Source of the DNA: an uncultured delta proteobacterium
GTDB taxonomy: Bacteria; Myxococcota_A; Polyangia; Polyangiales; JAFGIB01
Direction: 5' to 3'
Length of the DNA stretch: 64,000 nucleotides
Assembly (NCBI GenBank): GCA_963778655.1
Contig: CAVZVA010000010.1
Span: 1,312,001 to 1,376,000 of the forward strand
Both the position numbers and the translations under genes were made by a program. Below, in pieces: positions 36,784 to 45,363 of this stretch. The notes below the pieces were generated by a model. That model was given only the letters and a program-made list of their open reading frames with translations, had not been told where the DNA came from and did no database searches. The stretch's first letter is position 1, and each line of letters starts with the position of its first letter.

Positions 36784-37829
36784 AGCTCGCGCAGCGCTTG
36801 CTCGCGCACGCTTCGCGTTCGGATTTCTTCACGCTCGTACCGCTGTTCGAGCGGCTGACGCCGTCGGCCGTGCGTGTCGGCGGCGACGGCCCGCCCCAGC
36901 GCGAGGCGCTGCGCTTTCGCCACGATCCGTCGATGGGCTTCGCCGCCTCGGACATCTCGGCCGTGACGCTCTCCACGCGCAAGGTGGCCGGTCCGGCGGG
37001 CGCGCCTGCAAACAAGCTCGCGCTCGATCTCACCACCACCTTCCTGGGGTTGACCGGTGCGGCCAGCCCGCTGCCGCTCTACATCCCCGCCGAGGTGGCG
37101 CAGGACAACGCCGGCGAGAACCTGCAGGCGCGCTTCCTCGACGTCTTCCACCACCGCCTGCTGTCGCTGTTCTACCGCCTGGTGATGCACTACGAGTGCG
37201 CGCGCGAGTTCACCTCCGACGCCGACGACCCCTGGTCGCGGCGCATGCTCACGCTCGCTTCGCCCGCGTACCTGGACCGCGCGCGTCCCTCACGCATCCC
37301 CCGGCACAAGCTGCTCAAGCTGGTGCCGCTGCTCACGCAGCGCGCGCGCACCGCACGCGGGCTCGAGCTTGCGCTCGAGGAGATCCTGGACCTGCCCGGC
37401 AGCCACGTGCACGTTCGGCACTTCGTCGGCGGGTTCGTGGCGCTCGACCCGGACGAGCGCATGCGCCTGGGGCGCGAGACCGCGGTGCTGGGGCGGCGGG
37501 CCGTGCTCGGGTCGCACCTCTACGCGCGCGCCTCGCGCTTCGCGATCGAAATCGGGCCGGTGTCCGGTAGCGAGTACCCGCGCTACGTCGATCGCGGTGA
37601 GCGCGCCGAGCTGGTACGCGAGGTGGTCGAGCTGCTACTGCGCGAGCCGTTCGACTACGACGTGGACTTGCTGCTCGGCGACGACGCCCTGGCCGGCTTT
37701 CCGCTTTCGGCCGTGCGGGGCGCGCGGCTGGGCGTGGCCACGCGCCTGCGCGCGAGCGGCAAGAAGCAGCGCATCGAGCTGCGCAATTTCGGCAGGCGTG
37801 TCTCGGCAGAGGCGCGGACGGCACCATGA
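36747..37829 (+). CDS. tssG: T6SS baseplate subunit TssG
   Basis: LRFRHDPSMGFAASDI, FLGLTGAASPLP, FLDVFHHRLLSLFYR; overlaps the tssF end. Confidence 0.96.
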   Translation: MAAPEREPADPVKLAQRLLAHASRSDFFTLVPLFERLTPSAVRVGGDGPPQREALRFRHDPSMGFAASDISAVTLSTRKVAGPAGAPANKLALDLTTTFLGLTGAASPLPLYIPAEVAQDNAGENLQARFLDVFHHRLLSLFYRLVMHYECAREFTSDADDPWSRRMLTLASPAYLDRARPSRIPRHKLLKLVPLLTQRARTARGLELALEEILDLPGSHVHVRHFVGGFVALDPDERMRLGRETAVLGRRAVLGSHLYARASRFAIEIGPVSGSEYPRYVDRGERAELVREVVELLLREPFDYDVDLLLGDDALAGFPLSAVRGARLGVATRLRASGKKQRIELRNFGRRVSAEARTAP

Positions 37830-37862
37830 GCGAATCGTTTTCCCAACATCACGAGGCACGGC

Positions 37863-40508
37863 ATGCGCGTTGATCCTAAGGCTCTGGTCAAGAGGCTCAC
37901 CCCTACCGCTACCCGTCACCTGGAGCTGGCCGCCGGCAAGGCGGTGAGCGCCCAGCACTACGAAATCGACGTCGAGCACGTGTTGCTGTGCATGCTCTCG
38001 GACGCCGAGGGCGAGTGCGTGATGTGCTTCAAGGAGCTGCGTCAGGATCCCGACGCGCTGCGCTCCCAGCTCGAGCGCGCGCTCGGGCGCATGCGCGCCG
38101 GCAATCCCAAGCGGCCGGCGCTGGCCCAGAACCTGTTCTCGTGGCTGCAGGACACCTGGCTGACCGCATCGCTCGAGCTGGGCGAGATCCGGCTGCGCAG
38201 CGGGGTGCTGTTCTATCAGCTGCTGCTGCAGCCCTCGGGCTATCTCGACGATGCGCTGCAAGACCTGCTCGAGGTCGAGGCCGCCGCCTGGAAAGAGGCG
38301 CTGGCCGCGCTGGCCTCCCGCAGCGAGGAGAGCCTGCAGGCGCAGCCGAGCTGGGAGGGCGCGGGCGGTGCTGCGGCGGCCGCGGGCGCCGCGCCGCGCG
38401 GCGGACCCGACAGCGCGCTCGGCCGCTTCACCCAGGATTTCACCCAGAGCGCGCGCGAAGGCGCGATCGACCCGGTGTTCGGCCGCCACCGCGAGATCCG
38501 GCAGATGGTCGACATCCTGAGCCGCAGGCGCAAGAACAACCCGATCATCGTGGGCGAGCCGGGCGTGGGCAAGACCGCGCTGGTCGAGGGGCTGGCGCTG
38601 GCGATCGCCGAGGGCGACGTTCCCGAACACCTGCGCAATGTGCGCCTGCTGTCGCTCGACATGGGCGCGCTGTCCGCGGGCGCCAGCGTCAAGGGCGAGT
38701 TCGAGAATCGCCTCAAATCCGTGATCAACGAGGTCAAGTCCTCGCCCACGCCATGCATCGTGTTCATCGACGAGGCGCACACCCTGATCGGCGCCGGCGG
38801 CCCCCAGGGCGGCGGAGACGCCGCAAACCTGCTCAAGCCCGCGCTCGCGCGCGGCGAGCTTCGCACGGTCGCGGCCACCACCTGGGCCGAGTACAAGAAG
38901 TATTTCGAAAAGGACGCGGCGCTCGAGCGGCGCTTCCAGCTGGTCAAGGTCGACGAGCCCTCGGAGCAGGACGCGGTGGTGATGATGCGCGGCCTGCGCG
39001 CCGTCTACGAGAAGGCCCACTCGGTGCTGATCCGCGAGGACGCGATCGAGGCTGCGGTGGCGCTCTCGCACCGCTACATCTCGGGCAGGCAGCTGCCGGA
39101 CAAGGCTGTCGACCTGCTCGACACCGCAGCCGCGCGCGTGCGTGTCGAGCGCGCCGCCAAGCCGGAGGAGCTGGTCGGGCTCACGCTCGCGCTGCAGGCG
39201 CTCGAGCGCAAGCAGGCGGCGCAGCAGCGCGACGCTGCCGATGGTGACGAGGCCGCCCGCGAGGCGCTCGGCGAGACGGCGGCGGAGATCGAGGAAGTGC
39301 GCGGGCGGCAGGAGGCGCTGCAGGCGCAGTGGGACAAGGAGATGGCTGCGCTTGCGGTAGTGCTCGACGCGCGCCGCGCGGTCGACGAGGCGGCGGCGGC
39401 CGGGGCCGATGAAGCTGGGCTCGCCGACTTGCGCGCGCAGGCCAAGCAAGCGAACGACGCGCTGATCGAGGTCGGCGGCGAGGGCCGGCTGCTGCACGTC
39501 GACGTCGACGCCGACGCGGTGGGGCGCACGGTCTCGGCCTGGACCGGCATCCCGGTGGGACGCGTCAAGCGCGACGCGCAGAAGGCGGTGCTCGGCCTGG
39601 AGAGCGCGCTGCGCTCGCGCGTGATCGGGCAGGACCACGCGATGCAGACCCTGGCCGAGATCATCCGCATCTCGCACGCCGGCATCCGCGACCCCAATGC
39701 GCCGGTCGGCGTGCTGCTGTTCGTGGGCCCGAGCGGCGTGGGCAAGACCGAGACCGCGCTGGCGCTGGCCGACGAGCTTTACGGCGGCGAGCGCTTCATG
39801 ACCACCATCAACATGAGCGAGTTCCAGGAAAAGCACAGCGTCTCGCGCCTGATCGGCTCGCCGCCCGGCTACGTGGGCTACGGCGAGGGCGGCGTGCTCA
39901 CCGAGGCGGTGCGCCAGCGGCCGTATTCGGTGGTGCTGCTCGACGAGTGCGAGAAGGCCGACCTCGAGGTGATGAACCTGTTCTACCAGGTCTTCGACAA
40001 GGGCTCGCTCACCGACGGTGAGGGCCGCAGCATCGACTTCCGCAACACGCTGATCATCCTGACCTCGAACCTCGGCTCGGATCTGGTGATGCGCGCCTTC
40101 GCCGACGGCAAGCGCCCGAGCGCCGACGAGGTCACCCACGCGATCCGGCCCACCCTGAGCAAGCACTTCCAGCCGGCGCTGTTGGCGCGGATGTCGATCG
40201 TGCCCTACGGGCCGATCGGGGCCGAGGCGATGCAGAGCATCGCCGCGCTCAAGCTGGGCAAGATCGGGCGTCGCGTGGAGCACACTCACGGCCTGAGCGT
40301 GCGCTTCGGCGACGGCCTGGTCGCGATGGTGGCACAACGCTGCACCGAGGCCGAGACCGGCGCGCGCAACATCGACCACATCCTGCGCGGTTCGCTGATG
40401 CCGGCGCTGGCCTCGGCGCTGCTCGACCGCATGGACGAGCTCGACGGGCTGCGCGCGCTCGACATCGGTCTGGACGCCCAGGGGGCGTGGAGCTTCGCCT
40501 TCGCGTGA
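37863..40508 (+). CDS. tssH: T6SS AAA+ ATPase ClpV (TssH)
   Basis: Two AAA+ modules (GEPGVGKT, GPSGVGKT), YFEKDAALERRFQ, NMSEFQEKH, ETGARNID; follows tssG. Confidence 0.97.
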   Translation: MRVDPKALVKRLTPTATRHLELAAGKAVSAQHYEIDVEHVLLCMLSDAEGECVMCFKELRQDPDALRSQLERALGRMRAGNPKRPALAQNLFSWLQDTWLTASLELGEIRLRSGVLFYQLLLQPSGYLDDALQDLLEVEAAAWKEALAALASRSEESLQAQPSWEGAGGAAAAAGAAPRGGPDSALGRFTQDFTQSAREGAIDPVFGRHREIRQMVDILSRRRKNNPIIVGEPGVGKTALVEGLALAIAEGDVPEHLRNVRLLSLDMGALSAGASVKGEFENRLKSVINEVKSSPTPCIVFIDEAHTLIGAGGPQGGGDAANLLKPALARGELRTVAATTWAEYKKYFEKDAALERRFQLVKVDEPSEQDAVVMMRGLRAVYEKAHSVLIREDAIEAAVALSHRYISGRQLPDKAVDLLDTAAARVRVERAAKPEELVGLTLALQALERKQAAQQRDAADGDEAAREALGETAAEIEEVRGRQEALQAQWDKEMAALAVVLDARRAVDEAAAAGADEAGLADLRAQAKQANDALIEVGGEGRLLHVDVDADAVGRTVSAWTGIPVGRVKRDAQKAVLGLESALRSRVIGQDHAMQTLAEIIRISHAGIRDPNAPVGVLLFVGPSGVGKTETALALADELYGGERFMTTINMSEFQEKHSVSRLIGSPPGYVGYGEGGVLTEAVRQRPYSVVLLDECEKADLEVMNLFYQVFDKGSLTDGEGRSIDFRNTLIILTSNLGSDLVMRAFADGKRPSADEVTHAIRPTLSKHFQPALLARMSIVPYGPIGAEAMQSIAALKLGKIGRRVEHTHGLSVRFGDGLVAMVAQRCTEAETGARNIDHILRGSLMPALASALLDRMDELDGLRALDIGLDAQGAWSFAFA

Positions 40509-40527
40509 GGCAGCGCTCGTCTTCGGG

Positions 40528-40599
40528 TTCAACAGCAAGACGGGAGCGGGAAGCTCAAGAGACATCGAGCTTCTTCCCGTCTTCCCGCCTTCCTGTGAA
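40528..40599. repeat. Palindromic intergenic repeat (REP-like), copy 1
   Basis: TTCAACAGCAAGACGGGA...CTTCCCGTCTTCCCGCCTTCCTGTGAA; about 20 bp after the clpV stop. Confidence 0.8.
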
Positions 40600-40737
40600 T
40601 GTCTCCTTCCGAACGCGCGTGCGCTTCCAGGGCGCCGGGCCAAGAAGGTGAAAGGGCGTTCAGCACGCAACGGGCCGGTCGCGTCCGAGGAAATCGCGGG
40701 CTGGAGCGGCCCGCGCTAAAGTGGTCGGCGCGAACCC

Positions 40738-42168
40738 ATGCAGCCTCTGGTGATACAGATCGAGCGCACCGACGAGCACCGGGCGGATACCTGTGCATTC
40801 GCGCAGTCGCCGGTGCGGGTGGGCCGCAACCCGCTCAACGACCTGCAGCTCGACGAGGGCTTCGTCTCGCAGTGGCACGGGGTGATCCGTTTCGACCAGG
40901 ACCAGACCACCTACGTCGATCTCGGCTCGACCAATCCCACGCTGGTCGACGGCAAGCCGGTGCCGCGCAACGTCGAGCTGGTCATCTCCGAGCAGACCGA
41001 TCTGCGTATCGGCTCGCTGCGCCTGCACCTGCTGCGCGTTCCGGCGGCGCCCGAGCTGTACGGCGCGCGTCGCCAGACGGCCTTCGCGCGCACCGGCAGC
41101 GACGCCGACGGCGCGGTCTCGAAGACCATGTTCTTCAACGACAGGACGCCGCCTGCCGGCGCGCCCGCGGTCCTGTCGGACCCGGCGCCGGGCCGCATGG
41201 ATTCGGTGCGGGCCGCGGCGCCGGTATCGGTGCGCGCGCCCGGCGCAGCGCCCGCCAGCGCCCGCCCGGTGCTCGCCGCCACGCCGATAGCGGGCGTTGC
41301 GTCCGAGGTCAGCTCGTCGGTGCGTCCGGTCTCGGCGCGCCCGCCGCGGGCCGCCTCGTTCGAGCCCGCGCTGGAGATAGCCTATCGCCAGTATCGCGAG
41401 AGCTGGCGCAGCCTGCTTTCGCGGGTCGGCGGCGAGCTCGAGAGCGCGCGCCCCGGCGAGCGTGAAGCGGTGCTGGATCGCTTGCTCGCGGCCTTCCCGG
41501 AGATCGGGCGCGAGGCCGAGCTGCGCGCGTTGCTCGGCCGGCTCGGCGTCAATCCGCTGCGCACCGGCGTGCCCGAGATGGAGGACTGGCTGCGGCGCCT
41601 GACCGACGGCCTGTTCCCGCCGACCGGCATGCAGATCAACGTGGCGCTGGCGATGGAGCGCATCGGGGAGATCCTCGAGGTTTTCGGCACCGCGTTCGTG
41701 GAGTTGCGCAAGGCACACAGCGACTTCTGCGCCGAGATGGCGCTCGAGTCGCCCTCCGACTCGACCGTGCTGCACACGACCGAGAGCCCTCGGGCGCTGC
41801 TCGCCTATCTGCTCAACCCGGGCAAGGAGGGCAGCGCCAAGGTCACGGAGCTGGCGCGCGCCATGGCGGAGTTCGCAGTGCACCAGGTCGCGCTGGTGAG
41901 CGCGGTGGTGCAGGGCGCGCGCGACGTGCTCGACGAGCTCTCGCCCGAGAGGCTGGCCGGCGCCAGCGACCGGGCCGACAAGACCAGCCTGTTCGGCAAG
42001 CTGTTCGGCGAAGACAAGGCCAGGCGCTGGCAGCGCTACGTGGAGGCCTTCGCCGAGGCGACCGACGAGGACCGCTTCACGCGCAAGCTTTTCGGCCGCG
42101 GCTTCGCGCGCAAGTATTATGCGATCACCGGCGGCCGCCGGTCGCTGGTCGTGCCCCCGCGCAGCTGA
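40738..42168 (+). CDS. tagH: T6SS-associated FHA domain protein (TagH/Fha-like)
   Basis: FHA motifs VGRN, VSQWHG, DLGSTNPT; TagH-like C-terminus HQVAL...LDELSPE...W.RY...LFGRGFARKY. Confidence 0.88.
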   Translation: MQPLVIQIERTDEHRADTCAFAQSPVRVGRNPLNDLQLDEGFVSQWHGVIRFDQDQTTYVDLGSTNPTLVDGKPVPRNVELVISEQTDLRIGSLRLHLLRVPAAPELYGARRQTAFARTGSDADGAVSKTMFFNDRTPPAGAPAVLSDPAPGRMDSVRAAAPVSVRAPGAAPASARPVLAATPIAGVASEVSSSVRPVSARPPRAASFEPALEIAYRQYRESWRSLLSRVGGELESARPGEREAVLDRLLAAFPEIGREAELRALLGRLGVNPLRTGVPEMEDWLRRLTDGLFPPTGMQINVALAMERIGEILEVFGTAFVELRKAHSDFCAEMALESPSDSTVLHTTESPRALLAYLLNPGKEGSAKVTELARAMAEFAVHQVALVSAVVQGARDVLDELSPERLAGASDRADKTSLFGKLFGEDKARRWQRYVEAFAEATDEDRFTRKLFGRGFARKYYAITGGRRSLVVPPRS

Positions 42169-42171
42169 GCC

Positions 42172-43149
42172 ATGCCATCGCCCAATCCCACACGCGCCCT
42201 CGGGCGTCTTGCTCTGTGCTTCGTGCCCGCGCTGGCGCTGCTCGGTTGCGGCGGGACGCAGAAGCCGCCCCAGAAGCTCGGGCTGTGCGAGATGCCGCTG
42301 CCGATGCAGGGCAGCGCCACGCGTCCGATGCGGCCCGGTGACTGGATGAAGCTGCTGCTGGTGGGCGACATGCGCAAGGACGGCGTCTACGCCGAGACCA
42401 CCTGCGACGGCGAACGCATCGAGCACGTGCCGCTGCCCAAGGACTGCGAGGTGCAGACGCCCGATCCGGGCGTGCCACAGCCGGTGCCGCTGACCGAAGC
42501 CTCGGTGGTCGAGCGCATGCTGCCGGAGAACCGGCGCCTGGTGTGGATCATGACCCACCGCTTTCCCAACGGCGACGGCTTCGGCCCGGTGGCGGCGGTC
42601 ACGCTAACGCCCAAGAGCGTCTACGTGGGCTCGCTCGGCTTCCTGCGCCTGCGCCCGCTGCGCGTCGATCTCAGCCTGTGGAACATCGGGCCCAAGTCCG
42701 TGCTGGTCGGAGAGGGCGAGAGCTGCGAGGATCCCAAGCAGCCGACCACCTGCCGCCGGGCGGCCAACCTGCTGGTCTACGACCACGCGCACTTCCACGC
42801 GCCGCCGATCCGCCGCACCCACTCCGGCGAGTGCATCGACGCGCCCTGGGTCGAGTACAAGCGCGAGGCCGATCTCACGCTCGACAACGGCTGGAACCGT
42901 CACATGAAGATCGTCGCGACCGTGACCCACGATCAGCGTTACGTGGTGATCACCGAGCAGGTCGAGGTCGCCGACACCGATCCCGAGCATCCCGACATCC
43001 CGCCGCGCGACGTGCGCAAGATCGACGCCGAACGCTTCATCCACGTGGAAGGCCCGCGCTTCTACACGCGCCAGCCGCCGCTGTGGCCGCGCATCATCCC
43101 GACCGAAGGCAAGACCACGCTGACCGCCGGCAGCAGCGCCGCTCCCTGA
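42172..43149 (+). CDS. Hypothetical lipoprotein co-transcribed with tagH
   Basis: Lipobox LLGC; starts 3 bp after the tagH stop; 6 further Cys. Confidence 0.75.
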   Translation: MPSPNPTRALGRLALCFVPALALLGCGGTQKPPQKLGLCEMPLPMQGSATRPMRPGDWMKLLLVGDMRKDGVYAETTCDGERIEHVPLPKDCEVQTPDPGVPQPVPLTEASVVERMLPENRRLVWIMTHRFPNGDGFGPVAAVTLTPKSVYVGSLGFLRLRPLRVDLSLWNIGPKSVLVGEGESCEDPKQPTTCRRAANLLVYDHAHFHAPPIRRTHSGECIDAPWVEYKREADLTLDNGWNRHMKIVATVTHDQRYVVITEQVEVADTDPEHPDIPPRDVRKIDAERFIHVEGPRFYTRQPPLWPRIIPTEGKTTLTAGSSAAP

Positions 43150-43347
43150 TCGTGGAGGCAATCGCGAAGATGCGCGGGCCGACGATCACCAAGAAGGGCG
43201 GCCTTTCTGCCTGCTGAGTCATCGTCAGCGCACGCTCGACGGCAAGCGCCCCAGTGGTGCTGCCGGCGGAGGCAACGTCGACGGTAGCCGAACCGCGTAA
43301 TGTGCCGGCCGAGGATCGCGATGAAATCATTCCCGATCAGCGCCGAC

Positions 43348-44664
43348 TCACCCTCCCGTGAACAGGCCCTTGGGGTCGGTCGCCTGGCCGCGCAGGTGGT
43401 ATTCCCAATGCACGTGGAAGCCGCGCGCCAGTCCGGTGTCGCCCACCTCGCCCACGATCTGGCCGCGCTGCACGCGCTGCCCCGCGAACACGTAGATCGC
43501 GCGGCAGTGCGCGCTGAAGGTGACGCTGCCGTCGTCGTGCACGATCACCAGCAGGTTGCCGTAGCCGCGCACGCCGTTGTCGCTGTAGGCGACGATGCCG
43601 CGGTTGACCGCCAGGATCGGCGTTCCGGCCGGGGCGCCCACGTCGATGCCGCGGTGCAGCAGATTCTGGAACGGCGGCTTGCGCACGTAGCCGAAGCCAC
43701 GCCACAGCCGTCCCGTCGGCGCGGGCCACAGCATGTCCGCGTGGCGCGCGCGCGGTCCGCCCGCTGCGGCCACCCATTCAGGGCGCGGCCCGTAGTACAG
43801 CAGCCGCCCGACCGCCTGGATGGTGCCGAGCTCGAGCCGATCGGCCAGCTCGGCGTCGTCGCCGAACGGCATCGCGACCTTGCGCGGCCCCTGACAGAAG
43901 TGCTCGTAGGGCGGGTCCATGGGCTCGCAGCCTTGACTCGGCATCCACGCCTGCGGTCGCGCGGCGCGCATCAGCTTCGGGTCGACCACCAGGCCTCCGC
44001 CCGGCCCGCCGCCGGTGTCGTGCCCTTCCTCGTCGTAGATCACGGCGTCCGGCGAGCCGATCGCGACCGCTTCCGGAGCCGGCACCTGTCGCATCGGCAC
44101 CTCCAGCGCCAGTGTGCCGGAGCGCAACGCGGACTCCAGCGCCGCCACCGTCTCCACCGTGTCCAGCGTGATTCCGGGCACGCCCGCCACCGACCAGCCC
44201 GACTCGTCGCGCGAGCCTGCCACCGGAGGGCGCTCCACCAGATTGCGCACCGCGCGCACGTAGCGCCCGAGCAACATCCGATCGATGGTCGGCGGCCACG
44301 GCAAGTTGCGCGCGCCGCGCGCCGCTTGCGAGGCCGTCCACAGATCCACGAAAGGATTGCCGCTGTGGCCGAGCGCGCGTAGCTGGCGCGCGATCGGCGC
44401 GATGTCGAGCCGCGCGCCCAACTCCGAGCGCCGCGCGCGCGTGAGGTGGACGCCGGTCTTGAGCGAGATCTCCTGCGCGGCCCAGCGCTGCGCCACCTGC
44501 TCGAGGAAGCGCTCCGGCGCCCGCGAGCTGGGCACGCGCTGGCCGCGCACCTGCAGCCCTGCCAGCGTGCGCCCGTCGATCTGCAAGAACAGCCAGTACA
44601 GCGTGGGCAGCGCCAACGACAACAGCGCGACCCGCAGCGCCCAGCGCCGCAGTCGCAGGTACAT
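43348..44664 (-). CDS. M23 metallopeptidase with N-terminal TM and putative PG-binding region
   Basis: HRGID, GYGNLLVIVH, GEVGDTG...HVHWE. Start MYLRLRR chosen by TM position. Confidence 0.9.
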   Translation of the reverse strand: MYLRLRRWALRVALLSLALPTLYWLFLQIDGRTLAGLQVRGQRVPSSRAPERFLEQVAQRWAAQEISLKTGVHLTRARRSELGARLDIAPIARQLRALGHSGNPFVDLWTASQAARGARNLPWPPTIDRMLLGRYVRAVRNLVERPPVAGSRDESGWSVAGVPGITLDTVETVAALESALRSGTLALEVPMRQVPAPEAVAIGSPDAVIYDEEGHDTGGGPGGGLVVDPKLMRAARPQAWMPSQGCEPMDPPYEHFCQGPRKVAMPFGDDAELADRLELGTIQAVGRLLYYGPRPEWVAAAGGPRARHADMLWPAPTGRLWRGFGYVRKPPFQNLLHRGIDVGAPAGTPILAVNRGIVAYSDNGVRGYGNLLVIVHDDGSVTFSAHCRAIYVFAGQRVQRGQIVGEVGDTGLARGFHVHWEYHLRGQATDPKGLFTGG

Positions 44665-44707
44665 CAAGCGTGAGCGCGCAACCAAATCGGTGCCCGTCGA
44701 CCGCCGC

Positions 44708-45250
44708 TCAGAAATCGTCGACCGAGAGCGCAGCGCTGCGCGGCCGCACCAGCCCGAAGCGCGCGATTGCCGCGTACACCGCGCGCGTGGCGATCGCGCG
44801 TTCCAACGCTGCATCGTGCGCGCCGCCGCCGCCGTAGATCGCCGCCTCGCGCTGGTCCCGCTGCAGCGCCTCGAGATGGCGCTGCAGCAGCGCCCCCGCC
44901 AGGGTCACGGCCGCGGTCTCGACCTTCGTCGAACCGGCCGGGGCCGGCGCGCTCAGCGCGTCGGGCACGCCTGTGTGATCCCAGTACAGCGCGCTCACCA
45001 CCCGGTCCGGGCCGACCACGATCGACAGCAGCGCATCGGGCGTGGCGCCCGCGGCCAGCTCGTCCTGGGCGACCATGTGCAGCCCGAGGCTCGCCAGCTC
45101 TCGGCTCAGCCGCGCGACCGTGGGCAGGCCCCCGCCGGCCTGCACCACCACCGCCACCGTGGGTTGCCCGGAAGGTTGCGCGAGCGATCGGCCCGCCTGC
45201 AAGCAGCCCAGCCACCCGATCGTCGCCAGCAGATACGTCGTATTGCGCAT
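44708..45250 (-). CDS. Hypothetical exported protein
   Basis: Signal peptide-like N-terminus; fills the gap upstream of the M23 gene on the same strand. Confidence 0.6.
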   Translation of the reverse strand: MRNTTYLLATIGWLGCLQAGRSLAQPSGQPTVAVVVQAGGGLPTVARLSRELASLGLHMVAQDELAAGATPDALLSIVVGPDRVVSALYWDHTGVPDALSAPAPAGSTKVETAAVTLAGALLQRHLEALQRDQREAAIYGGGGAHDAALERAIATRAVYAAIARFGLVRPRSAALSVDDF

Positions 45251-45363
45251 GGCGGCTCCAGTCTAAACCGAGAGCGCGCCGGCTTCCACGGCGGGGACTG
45301 ACTGCGTTGCGCCGCCGCGCTGCGAGCGTTACCGTAAGCGCCCCGCGGCTGGGAGCGGAGCAC

